From NCBI GenBank assembly GCA_964012435.1, contig CAXGSM010000003.1:12703-76702 (forward strand): a DNA stretch of 64,000 nucleotides, read 5' to 3'. Shown piece after piece: positions 8,918-21,407 of this stretch. This DNA comes from an uncultured bacterium (GTDB taxonomy: Bacteria > UBP7 > UBA6624). A model generated the notes under the pieces. That model did no database searches and was not told the origin of the DNA. It was given only the letters and a program-made list of their open reading frames with translations. Every line of letters begins with the position of its first letter. Within the stretch, counting starts at the first letter, position 1. Both the position numbers and the translations under genes were made by a program.

Positions 8918-9562
8918 TTGAAGATTTACAACCTGATAGCATTTTGTCTATTGCTTTCAAATTGTGCACATAAGGAAAGTAATCATCTATTCAGTATAAA
9001 CGATCAAGCTTTTACTCAATCAGAAATTTCTAGACGGCCTGATTTTGCCCTACTGAAGGAAAACAATGCTGGCGACCAGGAATTTCAAAATCTTATTGAA
9101 TATTTTTTTATAGAAAACCTTACTCTTAGAGAAGCTTTTTTAAGAAATATTCAAACTGGTTATAGTGTTTCTGAATCAGCAGCTATCAATTGGGCTAATT
9201 TGAATTTTAACGATAACGCTGAATTGATTTCTTTTTTAAGCAGGAATAATTTTTCTTGGCCAGATATAGTGATTCACTTTCAAAGAAAAATTACCTATGA
9301 GAATATTATGGACCTTTACCTCGGTGTAAATGATGTTGAAATTAAAAGATGGTGTGATAACAATAAAGAGGTTCTTGATTTTATGTGGAGTGAATGGGCG
9401 AAAGGAACCAAAGTTTCTTCTCCTGAGAAGATTCCAGAAACTTATGCATATCAATATTGTCGTAGTGCCTTAATACAACACAAAGCATCAAATCCCATGT
9501 ATAAAGAAAAAGCAATTGAGGCAATTTCAAGAGGTGTAAAAATAAAATGGTCAATAAAATAA
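8918..9562 (+). CDS. Hypothetical lipoprotein (possibly SurA-N/PpiD-like chaperone fold; weak)
   Basis: Lipobox LLSNC; no catalytic motif recognised. Confidence 0.45.
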   Translation: MKIYNLIAFCLLLSNCAHKESNHLFSINDQAFTQSEISRRPDFALLKENNAGDQEFQNLIEYFFIENLTLREAFLRNIQTGYSVSESAAINWANLNFNDNAELISFLSRNNFSWPDIVIHFQRKITYENIMDLYLGVNDVEIKRWCDNNKEVLDFMWSEWAKGTKVSSPEKIPETYAYQYCRSALIQHKASNPMYKEKAIEAISRGVKIKWSIK

Positions 9563-10821
9563 AAAGCTATAAGGCAAGATTGATTTTAGATAGTAGAGGT
9601 TTTCCTTCTGTGCGGGTAGATTTGACATTAGATAATGGAATTACTGTTGGCTCTAACGCCCCCTCTGGAGCATCTACAGGAGCGTATGAAGCTTTAGAGC
9701 GTAGGGACGGAGGTTCTTCTTGGTGCGGAAAAGGCGTAAGCGATGTTCTGAATGATCTTAATAAAAATGTTATTCCTGAAATTTTAAATATTGATCCAAG
9801 AAAACAGGACAAGGTAGACAAAATTCTTCTTCAGCTAGATGGCACAGCCCAAAAATCAAAACTTGGTGCTAATTGTTTATTGCCATTATCTATGGCAGTT
9901 TGTAGAGCTGGCGCTGTGGCTGAAAATCAAGAACTCTTTCAATGGATATCTTGCTTAAGTGAATCCAAACCATCTTTACCTATACCAACCATGAATGTTT
10001 TGAATGGGGGAGTTCATGCAAATAACAACTTAGATGTCCAAGAATTCATGATTGTTCCTTGGTTGGCTGGAGATTTTTTGAATTCTCTTAGAGCAGGTGT
10101 TGAGATATACCATGAATTAAAATCTACAATCAACAATAAGCAAATGTCAACATCATTAGGTGATGAAGGTGGTTTTGCTCCTGATTTAAAAAATAATTTA
10201 GCAGCATTAGATTTACTTAATGAATCAATTTCTAATTCAAGATACAGTCTTGGTAAGGATGTGTTTTTGGCTTTAGATGTTGCAAGTTCAGAATTGTTTA
10301 AAAATGATTATTATCAATGGGAAGGTTCATCAGTCACTTTTAAAGATTTAGTTGATGTTTATGTTGATTGGGCTTACAGATACCCTATAGTGTCGATAGA
10401 GGATGGAATGGATGAATCACACGATGAAGCATGGTCATCATTAAATGAAAAATTAGGAAAAAAAATTAATATTATTGGAGATGATTTGCTTGTAACGCAG
10501 GTAGCAAAAATTAATCATGCTATAGAAAACAACCTATGTAACACTTTACTCGTTAAATTGAATCAAGTTGGCACGGTTACTGAAACTATTGACGCGATAA
10601 AGAAAGTTAGATTAGCAGGTTGGGATTGGTCAGTAAGCCATAGATCCGGCGAAACTGAAGATGATTTTATTGCAGATCTTGCGGTTGGAACAGGTTCTCG
10701 ATTCATTAAAACAGGTGCACCTGCAAGGGGAGAAAGAACATCAAAATATAACAGACTAATCGCCATTGCTTCGGACTATAAGGATTTGAAATTTAAGAAT
10801 ATAGGAGTAAGATTTAGATAA
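9547..10821 (+). CDS. eno: Enolase (phosphopyruvate hydratase)
   Basis: ARLILDSRGFPSVRVDLTL, SHRSGETED, IKTGAPARGERTSKYNRL enolase signatures. Confidence 0.95.
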   Translation: MVNKIKSYKARLILDSRGFPSVRVDLTLDNGITVGSNAPSGASTGAYEALERRDGGSSWCGKGVSDVLNDLNKNVIPEILNIDPRKQDKVDKILLQLDGTAQKSKLGANCLLPLSMAVCRAGAVAENQELFQWISCLSESKPSLPIPTMNVLNGGVHANNNLDVQEFMIVPWLAGDFLNSLRAGVEIYHELKSTINNKQMSTSLGDEGGFAPDLKNNLAALDLLNESISNSRYSLGKDVFLALDVASSELFKNDYYQWEGSSVTFKDLVDVYVDWAYRYPIVSIEDGMDESHDEAWSSLNEKLGKKINIIGDDLLVTQVAKINHAIENNLCNTLLVKLNQVGTVTETIDAIKKVRLAGWDWSVSHRSGETEDDFIADLAVGTGSRFIKTGAPARGERTSKYNRLIAIASDYKDLKFKNIGVRFR

Positions 10822-11765
10822 TGAAGGCTTTAATAACAGGTATTAGTGGTTTTGCGGGAAGTCATCTAGCAGAATTTTTGCTAAATGAACAAGTTGAAGT
10901 TTTTGGACTTATAAGACGAAGATCTCCATTGCATCATTTGAATTCAATTCAGGATTCAATCAATCTTGTTGAAGGAGACCTGCAGGATTCAACAAGTTTA
11001 AGAACAATATTGAGAGAAGCCAAGCCAGACTGGATTTTTCATCTTGCTGCTCAATCATTTGTTCCAACCTCTTGGAGAGCACCTGCAGACACTATCAATA
11101 CCAACATTACCGGACAGGTTAATCTTTTTGAAGCTGTTCGTGATTTATCGCTTTCTCCAACCATACAGATTGCATGCTCCTCGGAAGAGTATGGTCTTGT
11201 TCATCCAAATGAAACTCCCATAAAAGAAGACAATCCTTTAAGGCCGCTTTCCCCTTATGCTGTAAGTAAGGTTGCCCAGGATTTTCTAGGTTACCAGTAT
11301 TATCAATCTTATGGTATGAAAATCATCAGGACAAGAGCTTTTAATCACACTGGACCAAGACGAGGCGAAGAGTTTGTTGCTAGCGCATTTGCACGACAGA
11401 TTGTAAATATCGAAAGGGGAGCTCCAGCTGTTATAAAGGTTGGAAACCTTGATGCCGAAAGAGATTTTACGGACGTAAGGGATGTGGTTTCTGCATATAA
11501 AGTGGCTGTTGAGAAAGGCAAGCCAGGTGAAGTTTATAACATATGCACCGGAACTGCAATTTCCATTTCTACATTATTGGAAAAGTTAATTGATTTATCT
11601 TCCATTAAGCCTGAAGTGATAAAGGACCCAGATTTAGATAGGCCAAGTGATGTACCTTTATTGCTTGGTGATTGCAGTAAATTTAAAAATCAAACATCCT
11701 GGGAACCTAAAATATCTTTAGATCAAACTCTAGAGGATTTGCTTAATTGGTGGAGAAATCAGTAA
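10821..11765 (+). CDS. NAD-dependent epimerase/dehydratase family protein (GDP-sugar dehydratase/reductase-like short-chain dehydrogenase)
   Basis: N-terminal Rossmann ITGISGFAGSHL; YAVSK (YxxxK) catalytic motif. Confidence 0.7.
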   Translation: MKALITGISGFAGSHLAEFLLNEQVEVFGLIRRRSPLHHLNSIQDSINLVEGDLQDSTSLRTILREAKPDWIFHLAAQSFVPTSWRAPADTINTNITGQVNLFEAVRDLSLSPTIQIACSSEEYGLVHPNETPIKEDNPLRPLSPYAVSKVAQDFLGYQYYQSYGMKIIRTRAFNHTGPRRGEEFVASAFARQIVNIERGAPAVIKVGNLDAERDFTDVRDVVSAYKVAVEKGKPGEVYNICTGTAISISTLLEKLIDLSSIKPEVIKDPDLDRPSDVPLLLGDCSKFKNQTSWEPKISLDQTLEDLLNWWRNQ

Positions 11766-11974
11766 TTAGAAAAGCTGGTAAGTATTCACAAGTAATTGAA
11801 GATTCAAGCCTTGGATGGTCAATCGCAGTAGCTGTTGGGATCGGATTATATTTTGGTCAAATGTACGATAAGAATAATGATTCTGAGCCTTTGGGGACGC
11901 TGATCGGTTTTTTAATTGGATTAGGAGCGGCATGCAGGCTAGTTTTAAAAGTGCATAAAAGATTGAATTCTTGA
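11747..11974 (+). CDS. AtpZ-like small two-TM membrane protein (putative ATP synthase operon protein)
   Basis: 75 aa, two hydrophobic helices, positioned directly upstream of the atp operon. Confidence 0.4.
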   Translation: MVEKSVIRKAGKYSQVIEDSSLGWSIAVAVGIGLYFGQMYDKNNDSEPLGTLIGFLIGLGAACRLVLKVHKRLNS

Positions 11975-11977
11975 TTC

Positions 11978-12292
11978 ATGGAAATTCTTTTTTTTGAAAC
12001 CGTTACTCAAGATTCATTATTGGATCTTTATAGACCAAAAATATTTTCTGGTTTATTGGGTTTTTTGATTTTTTATTCATGGGTCCCTGTAAGTTTTTTT
12101 GTTAAAAATAATATCAAAAACATTAACCAAAAGCTTTTGAGGACAATATCATTTTTGCATTTTTTTCTTGCAGCTTTTTTGATGATATTTTATAAAAATT
12201 TAATTGTCCAAAAGGACTCTTTTCTTTTTTTTATCATTGGTTCTATTTTTGGATTGGTAAAAATGGTAAAAAAGCCTAAAAAAACGAATTAA
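11978..12292 (+). CDS. AtpI-like small membrane protein
   Basis: 104 aa hydrophobic protein between atpZ-like and atpB; position typical of atpI. Confidence 0.4.
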   Translation: MEILFFETVTQDSLLDLYRPKIFSGLLGFLIFYSWVPVSFFVKNNIKNINQKLLRTISFLHFFLAAFLMIFYKNLIVQKDSFLFFIIGSIFGLVKMVKKPKKTN

Positions 12293-12365
12293 TTTAGTTA
12301 ATTTTTTAATATATCGATTTATGATTTTCAACTTAGGTATATAAGTTTTTAATCCGATTTTTTTT

Positions 12366-13361
12366 ATGACTATTTTTGAATTCAAACCCGAAGATCAAGA
12401 TCACCACCACGGCGATGAGCATCATCACGATGACCACCACGGCGATGAGCATCATCACGATGACCACCACGGCGATGACCACCACGGCGATCATCATCAC
12501 AGCGCATGCGCTCATCCAGAATATGAATTGCTAAATATTTTTAACTGGAAAGGTATTGGTCCAAAAGGGGGAACCGTCCACACTTATGTGGAAGAGCAGC
12601 CATGGATGCCAGCTTTTTGGAAATGTTCTGGCCCTGGTTCAGATCCAATGGGTGAAATCAGTATGACAATGGCTTTTAATACATTTATTGTTAGCGGTAT
12701 CTTGATTGCTTTATTCAAAAAAGGAACTAGAAAAATTGAGTTTTTGCCTGGAAAGGCACAAGCTTTTGCCGAAATCTGGGTTGATGGTCTAAGGAATTTC
12801 TTTGCAAGTTTTGGTGGTGAATATGTTGCTACAAAATATTTTGGCTTGCTTGGAGCATATTTTACTTTCATACTTTCTTTGAATTTATGGGGCATCATCC
12901 CAGGTTTCCATTCTCCAACAGCAAATATAAATACGACATTGGCTTTTGGTGTTGTTGGTGTAATTGCAAGCTTGGTAATTGGACTTAAAGAATCTGGTTT
13001 AAAACATATTATCGATCATTGGATGGGAGAGCCTGAACCTGGAGATGGTTTAGCCAAGGTTATAGGTGCTGTTTTATTGCTCCCATTGGAAATAGTGGCT
13101 CAGTTTGCAAGAATGATATCCCTTGCACTGAGGTTGTTTGGAAACATATATGGTGGAGATGTTGTTCTTGCCGTTTTTGTTGTTTTGCTTGCAGATATAG
13201 CTGTAAAGATTTGGATTCCACTACCTTTACAACTGCCTGTTCTCTTGTTGCATATTCTTGCTTCCGTTATACAGGCGATAGTTTTTACAGCCCTGATATC
13301 AGTTTATATATCAGGCTTTTGTTCTCATCATCATGATGAAGAGCATGATCATAAACATTAA
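12366..13361 (+). CDS. atpB: F0F1 ATP synthase subunit a with His/Asp-rich N- and C-terminal extensions
   Basis: ISLALRLFGNIYGGDVVL contains the conserved a-subunit Arg motif; operon context; N-term MTIFEFKPEDQDHHHGDEHHHDDHHGDEHHHDDHHGDDHHGDHHH, C-term CSHHHDEEHDHKH. Confidence 0.9.
   Translation: MTIFEFKPEDQDHHHGDEHHHDDHHGDEHHHDDHHGDDHHGDHHHSACAHPEYELLNIFNWKGIGPKGGTVHTYVEEQPWMPAFWKCSGPGSDPMGEISMTMAFNTFIVSGILIALFKKGTRKIEFLPGKAQAFAEIWVDGLRNFFASFGGEYVATKYFGLLGAYFTFILSLNLWGIIPGFHSPTANINTTLAFGVVGVIASLVIGLKESGLKHIIDHWMGEPEPGDGLAKVIGAVLLLPLEIVAQFARMISLALRLFGNIYGGDVVLAVFVVLLADIAVKIWIPLPLQLPVLLLHILASVIQAIVFTALISVYISGFCSHHHDEEHDHKH
12405..12500 (+). repeat. In-frame tandem repeat (30-bp unit caccacggcgatgagcatcatcacgatgac, 2 full copies plus degenerate copy) encoding HHGDEHHHDD
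   Basis: Direct reading of sequence 12405-12434 and 12435-12464 identical. Confidence 0.75.
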
Positions 13362-13376
13362 TTTAGGAGGTTAATT

Positions 13377-13619
13377 ATGATTTTTGGTGACGGTGTAAAT
13401 ATTGATTTTTTGGCTATTGCTTTAGCTTTTGCTGTACCGGCAGCTGCTGCTGCTATGAGTCAAGGCAAGGCTATTTCAGCTGCTTGGGACGGAATGGCTA
13501 GACAGCCTGAGGTTTCTGATTCAATTGGAGGAAAGTTAGTTATCGCTTTGGCTTTCCCTGAGGCTCTAGGTATTTTCGGTCTTCTTTTGGCCATAATGCT
13601 AATGGGTAAATTGTCTTAA
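13377..13619 (+). CDS. atpE: F0F1 ATP synthase subunit c
   Basis: 80 aa; GMARQPE loop motif and ALAFPEALGIFGLL with ion-binding Glu; AGGAGG RBS. Confidence 0.93.
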   Translation: MIFGDGVNIDFLAIALAFAVPAAAAAMSQGKAISAAWDGMARQPEVSDSIGGKLVIALAFPEALGIFGLLLAIMLMGKLS

Positions 13620-13623
13620 GGCA

Positions 13624-14121
13624 ATGGAATTAATCACGCCCAAATTAGGGCAGCTTCTTGTAGAAGCTGCTGCTTTTGGTCTAGTTTGGTGGGCGTTTGT
13701 TAAATTTTTAGCTTCGCCCATCTCTAAAATTCTTGAAGAAAGAAAAACAAAGATCAAGCATGATGTAGATGCAGCCGAGAAAAATCGTGCAGATATGGAA
13801 TCTTTGAAACAAGATTATGACAAAAGAATGTCTAATCTTGAAATAGAGGTTAATCAAAAGATTTCTGAAGCCATTAGTAAAGGTGAGGCTATTGTTGCGG
13901 AGATGACAGAAAAAGCTGAACTTGCATCCGAGGAAACAAAAAAGAAAATGCAGAAAGAGATTGACGACATGAGGGAGAGGATTAGAAGGGAAATCAAGAA
14001 AGATGCTGCTGATCTGATTGTTGGTGTGAGTGAAAAGTTTTTAACTTCAAAACTGAATAAAGAAGATGAGAAGTTAATTGAAAAGTTGATGGAGGAGGTT
14101 AGTAGCTCTCTTGAGACTTGA
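13624..14121 (+). CDS. atpF: F0F1 ATP synthase subunit b
   Basis: One N-terminal TM helix then long charged coiled coil; operon position. Confidence 0.85.
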   Translation: MELITPKLGQLLVEAAAFGLVWWAFVKFLASPISKILEERKTKIKHDVDAAEKNRADMESLKQDYDKRMSNLEIEVNQKISEAISKGEAIVAEMTEKAELASEETKKKMQKEIDDMRERIRREIKKDAADLIVGVSEKFLTSKLNKEDEKLIEKLMEEVSSSLET

Positions 14122-14662
14122 AGGTCTATCTATTGGATCCGCTTATGCTAAAGGTGCTTGGAGGATTTGGTCTGATTCTGAAAAAGGGTTAACCAACTCA
14201 AAAGAATGGTTCAATTCGTTTTCAGCTTTGCTAACGGATAAACCTGATTTGATGAAGATTTTTCAACACCCTTCAGTTTCTTCCAAGGAGAAACAGGGTA
14301 TTTTGGATTCAATTTGTACAAACCTTAACACTGATAAAGATTTTTCTTTATTTTTAAACATAATTGTTAAAAATGGAAAAATTGATTATTTCAATCAGAT
14401 AGCTGAACATTATGAGGAATTGGTTGATGAACATCAAGGCATCAAAAGGGGTGTTTTGGAGTTAGGTCAAGAAGTTTCAAATAAAGTAGTAGAAAATTTT
14501 GAAAAAGATCTTGGAAAAAAACTTGGCTGTAAGGTTGTTTTGAAACAAAAAACGGTTAAGGGTTTAATTGGGGGATTCAAGTTGAGGATGGGAAGATACA
14601 TGGTTGACGCGAGTGTTCAAACTGCCTTGAAGAAAATTAAACAATCACTCGCAAGTAATTAG
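14111..14662 (+). CDS. atpH: F0F1 ATP synthase subunit delta (OSCP)
   Basis: 183 aa; operon position between b and alpha. Confidence 0.8.
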   Translation: MRLEGLSIGSAYAKGAWRIWSDSEKGLTNSKEWFNSFSALLTDKPDLMKIFQHPSVSSKEKQGILDSICTNLNTDKDFSLFLNIIVKNGKIDYFNQIAEHYEELVDEHQGIKRGVLELGQEVSNKVVENFEKDLGKKLGCKVVLKQKTVKGLIGGFKLRMGRYMVDASVQTALKKIKQSLASN

Positions 14663-14670
14663 GAGGAAAT

Positions 14671-16190
14671 ATGAGTAAATTAAGAACTGATGAGATTGCA
14701 TCTGCTTTAAAAAAATCTTTAGATAATCATAAAGATGCATTAAAGCTTGAAAGCGTCGGAACCGTTATACAGGTAAGAGATGGTATTGCTGAAGTGTATG
14801 GTTTGGATAAAGTTCAAGCAGGAGAGATGGTCGAATTTGAACCAGGAGGAGAAAGGGGTCTTGCTTTAAGTTTGAACGAAGGCTCTGTTGGAGTCATCAT
14901 TCTTGATGATTACAAAGGCATCAAAGAAGGCAATACGGTCAAAAGGTCTCAAAGACAGCTTGACATACCAACCGGGGAAGCTTTGTTGGGCAGGGTAGTA
15001 GATGCTTTGGGAAGACCTATTGATGGAAAAGGCGAAATTATAGGTGCTTCTAATCGTCCTATGGAAATTATTGCGCCTAGGGTTTTGGAAAGAAAGGCAG
15101 TGCATCAACCTTTGCAAACAGGATTAAAAGCAGTTGATGCAATGGTTCCGATAGGAAGGGGCCAAAGAGAGTTGGTTATAGGCGACAGGCAAATAGGAAA
15201 AACTGCAATTCTTGTTGACACGATAATCAATCAGAAAAATACTGATGTTTATTGTATCTATGTTGCGGTTGGACAAAAAGCATCTGCTGTTAAGGAGGTT
15301 GTTGAAGCTTTGGAAAAAGCTGGTGCTATGGATTACACGACAGTTGTTAGCTCCCCAGCAAGTTCACCAGCAGCTTTGCAGTTTTTGGCTCCATATGCTG
15401 CTGCTGCAATGGGAGAACATTTCATGTTTGACAGCAAGCATTCCTTATTGTTAATTGACGATTTGTCAAAACAAGCAAATGCTTATAGGGAAATTTCGCT
15501 TCTTTTAAGAAGGCCTCCAGGTCGAGAAGCTTATCCTGGTGATGTTTTTTATCTACATAGTAGACTTCTCGAAAGAGCTTCTAAGTTGAGTGATAAATTA
15601 GGAGGTGGGTCTATGACATGTCTTCCAGTTATAGAAACACTTGAAGGTAATGAAACAGCATATATTCCGACTAATGTTATATCAATTACGGATGGGCAAA
15701 TTTTCTTGTATCCTGATTTGTTTAATGCGGGAGTAAGGCCTTCTATTAACGTTGGTCTCTCTGTAAGTCGTGTTGGTGGTGCTGCTCAAACAAACATAAT
15801 TAAAAAGCTAGGTGGTAGCTTGAGGTTAGAGCTAGCACAATATAGAGAGATTGAAGCATTTGCTAAATTTGGCAGTGATCTTGACGAAAGAACACAAGCA
15901 AGATTAGACAGAGGGCAAAGAATGGTTGAAATTTTAAAACAACCACAATATAGTCCAATGTCTGTTGGGGAAATGGCTTTGGTATTGTATGCAGGTACAA
16001 AAGGTTACCTTGATACAGTTGAAGTTAGCGATATTTCTCAATATGAATCTGAAATATTGACTTTTGTAAATCATGAGGACCCTGATTTAATGAATGAGGT
16101 CAACAAGGAAGCAAAATTAACTGATGAAATCGATAAGAGATTGAAATCTGTTTGTGAAAAATTCGCTAAGGTTTTTAAGAAAGGAGAGTA

Positions 16191-16191
<1 letters not shown>
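14671..16191 (+). CDS. atpA: F0F1 ATP synthase subunit alpha
   Basis: GDRQIGKT P-loop; 506 aa; AGGAGG RBS. Confidence 0.97.
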
Positions 16192-18890
<2,699 letters not shown>

Positions 18891-18933
18891 GATTGAAATC
18901 AAAGGCGGGCAACCCCTGAAGGGTGATTTTAAT

Positions 18934-20136
18934 GTGCAGCCTTCTAAGAATGCGGTATTACCTATTCTTGCTTCAACAATAATTGCAAATGATAAATGCA
19001 GACTTCATCCTGTTGTAAAGATAGCTGATGTGGATGTTGCTGTAGACATCTTGGAAAAATTAGGTGCTAAATGTTCATGGGAAGATGGTGGTATTAATGT
19101 TGATACAAGACCTATTGACAGCTATTCAATAGATTTAAATCTAAGTAAAAAAATGCGCGCAAGCGTTTTGTTTTTAGGAGCACTTTTAGCGAGGTTTGGT
19201 AAAGCCAAAGTCTATTTGCCTGGAGGGTGCAAGATAGGAAAAAGACCTATAGATTTTCATTTAGCTGGTTTTGAATCTTTGGGTTTTCAATGTAGGTACC
19301 ATGAAGATGGTCTTATTGAAGTTTTTTACGATAGGAAAAAAGATAAAAAAGACAAAAAAATAGTAAACATGGTGGGTGTTAGCGTTGGGGCAACTGAAAA
19401 TATCCTTATGGCTTCTATGTTTTTTAAAATGAATGTAATTATTAATAATGCTGCAAGAGAGCCTGAAATTATTTCTTTATGCAAGGCCTTGAAGCGGTAT
19501 GGAGCAAAAATCAAAGGCATAGGAAGTTCCTCTTTGTCTGTTGAATCTGATTCTTTTTCTGGATCAAAAATAATAATTCCTTCAGACAGAATTGTCGCTG
19601 GAACTTTCGCATGTTGTTTTTTATCAAGTAGGGGTTATGGAAAAATACGCAATTACCCTTTTGACGATTTGGAATCTTTTACAGCCCTCATTCAATCGAT
19701 GGGAGCAAGAGTGAAGAGGGATAAAAATGATATTTATATAAAATCGCCAAAATCAATAAAAGCAATTAACTTCCAAACTGGACCCCATCCTGCTTTTCCT
19801 ACTGATTTACAGCCTTTAGTAAGTGCAGTTTTATGCAAGGCTGAAGGCACAAGCAGGATTGTTGAAACAGTTTTTGAAAAAAGATTTTTACATTTGAAAC
19901 AACTGCGAAAAATGGGAGCCAATGTCACGATAAAAAATCAAGAGTGTATTATTGAAGGTGTGAAAAATTTAAATAGTGCTGAATTAAACTCAACAGATTT
20001 AAGATGTGCAGCAGCCTTAATAGTCGCTGCATTATCAGAAGAAAAAAAATGTATCATTTTTGACAAGGGACATTTGAAGAGAGGTTATTATAATTTTATT
20101 GAACAGCTTCAAGAAAATGGTGTAAAGGTAGTTTGA
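18934..20136 (+). CDS. murA: UDP-N-acetylglucosamine 1-carboxyvinyltransferase (GTG start as listed; homology extends about 15 codons upstream with no canonical start)
   Basis: SKNAVLPIL N-terminal Lys motif; KMRASVLFLGALLARFG; overall MurA/EPSP-synthase fold pattern. Confidence 0.9.
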   Translation: MQPSKNAVLPILASTIIANDKCRLHPVVKIADVDVAVDILEKLGAKCSWEDGGINVDTRPIDSYSIDLNLSKKMRASVLFLGALLARFGKAKVYLPGGCKIGKRPIDFHLAGFESLGFQCRYHEDGLIEVFYDRKKDKKDKKIVNMVGVSVGATENILMASMFFKMNVIINNAAREPEIISLCKALKRYGAKIKGIGSSSLSVESDSFSGSKIIIPSDRIVAGTFACCFLSSRGYGKIRNYPFDDLESFTALIQSMGARVKRDKNDIYIKSPKSIKAINFQTGPHPAFPTDLQPLVSAVLCKAEGTSRIVETVFEKRFLHLKQLRKMGANVTIKNQECIIEGVKNLNSAELNSTDLRCAAALIVAALSEEKKCIIFDKGHLKRGYYNFIEQLQENGVKVV

Positions 20137-21407
20137 AAGATTTTTTGAAAAAGTATTTGGCTTGGTTTTTTCCAGGCATGAACATTAAGAGATGGACATG
20201 GTTGGCTTTATTTGGGCTTATCGTGTTTAGTTTTGGAATGCATGGTTTTTTGGTCTCAAATATAGATAAAGAATTATCTTTATCCTTGATGAGTTTTTTG
20301 ATGGAAGAAGTTTTCTTTACTAATTTATTTTTGATTGGTGGTTTTTTTATTTTTATCTTAGGTGTTTATAGGATAAATCAAATATTAATCAGGTCGGTAA
20401 GCAAGGATTTGAAAAAAGGACAGCTGGCAGGCAAGGTTTTTGTGGATCAGGTTCTTTCTCACAGAATGTCAGTTACCGTTATAGGTGGAGGACATGGGCT
20501 CTCAACTCTTCTTAGAGGTTTAAAGAAATGGACAACAAACATCAATGCAGTCGTGACTGTAGCTGATTCTGGTGGATCGAGTGGTATGCTCAGAGATGAA
20601 TTTGGATCTATACCGCAAGGAGATATTAGAAACTGTTTGGTTGCATTGGCTGAAAATGAATCCTTCATGGAAAGGTTTTTTCAGTATAGGTTCAAAAAGG
20701 GAAAAATCAAAGGCCATTCATTGGGTAATTTAATTCTTTTTGCTCTTTCTGAGCAGGAAAAAAACTTAGCAAAAGGTATAGGTGATATCGGTAAAGCGTT
20801 TAATTTAATGGGTTCTGTCATTCCTGCCGCTAATATTCCTTTGACTTTAATCGGTGAAAAAGAAAATGGAGAGGTTATTGAAGGGGAAGCTAACCTACCT
20901 AAGTCGGACGGAAGAATTTTTAATTTGAGATTAAAAGAAAAAGACGTAAAGCCGACATTGGAAGCGATAAAAGCTATTCAGGATTCTGATTTGATAATTT
21001 TTGGACCCGGTAGCCTGTTTACTTCAGTTATCGCAAATTTATTGATTGAGGATCTTTCAAATGAAATTAAGCAATCTAAAGCATGTAAGGTTTATATTTC
21101 AAACATGATGACTCAAAATGGAGAAACAAATGACATGTCTGTTGAAGATCATATGTTTGAAATAATTTCTAAAATTGGTAAATTGGATTACATAATTTTA
21201 AATAAAGAAGTATCTGAAAAGCAAAAGAAAAGATATGCTGAAAGAGGTGTTGCGCCTTTAAAATATGATTTAATAAATTTGCTTGCTTCTGGCGTTAAGC
21301 CAATAGTGAAAAGATTTACAAATGAGAAAAAATTTGCTCATCATGATCCTGATAAATTAGGTAAATGTATATATGAGATTGCTAAAAAATGGAGGAAGAA
21401 AAAATGA
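20133..21407 (+). CDS. yvcK: YvcK/CofD-family gluconeogenesis-factor-like protein with extra N-terminal about 100-aa transmembrane region
   Basis: VIGGGHGLSTLLRGLK and VTVADSGGSSG motifs of the UPF0052/YvcK family; three hydrophobic helices before it. Confidence 0.8.
   Translation: MKDFLKKYLAWFFPGMNIKRWTWLALFGLIVFSFGMHGFLVSNIDKELSLSLMSFLMEEVFFTNLFLIGGFFIFILGVYRINQILIRSVSKDLKKGQLAGKVFVDQVLSHRMSVTVIGGGHGLSTLLRGLKKWTTNINAVVTVADSGGSSGMLRDEFGSIPQGDIRNCLVALAENESFMERFFQYRFKKGKIKGHSLGNLILFALSEQEKNLAKGIGDIGKAFNLMGSVIPAANIPLTLIGEKENGEVIEGEANLPKSDGRIFNLRLKEKDVKPTLEAIKAIQDSDLIIFGPGSLFTSVIANLLIEDLSNEIKQSKACKVYISNMMTQNGETNDMSVEDHMFEIISKIGKLDYIILNKEVSEKQKKRYAERGVAPLKYDLINLLASGVKPIVKRFTNEKKFAHHDPDKLGKCIYEIAKKWRKKK

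Noticed and set aside
12405-12500. Considered whether the 30-bp tandem repeat could be a CRISPR-like or regulatory repeat
   Set aside because: Contiguous in-frame copies without spacers inside an intact coding sequence; it is a coding microsatellite, not CRISPR.
12333-12515. Minus-strand ORF encoding MSACAVMMIAVVVIAVVVIV... (poly Val/Ile/Met)
   Set aside because: It is the antisense reading of the His-codon tandem repeat in atpB (CAC/CAT reverse complement gives GTG/ATG); a repeat artefact, not a gene.
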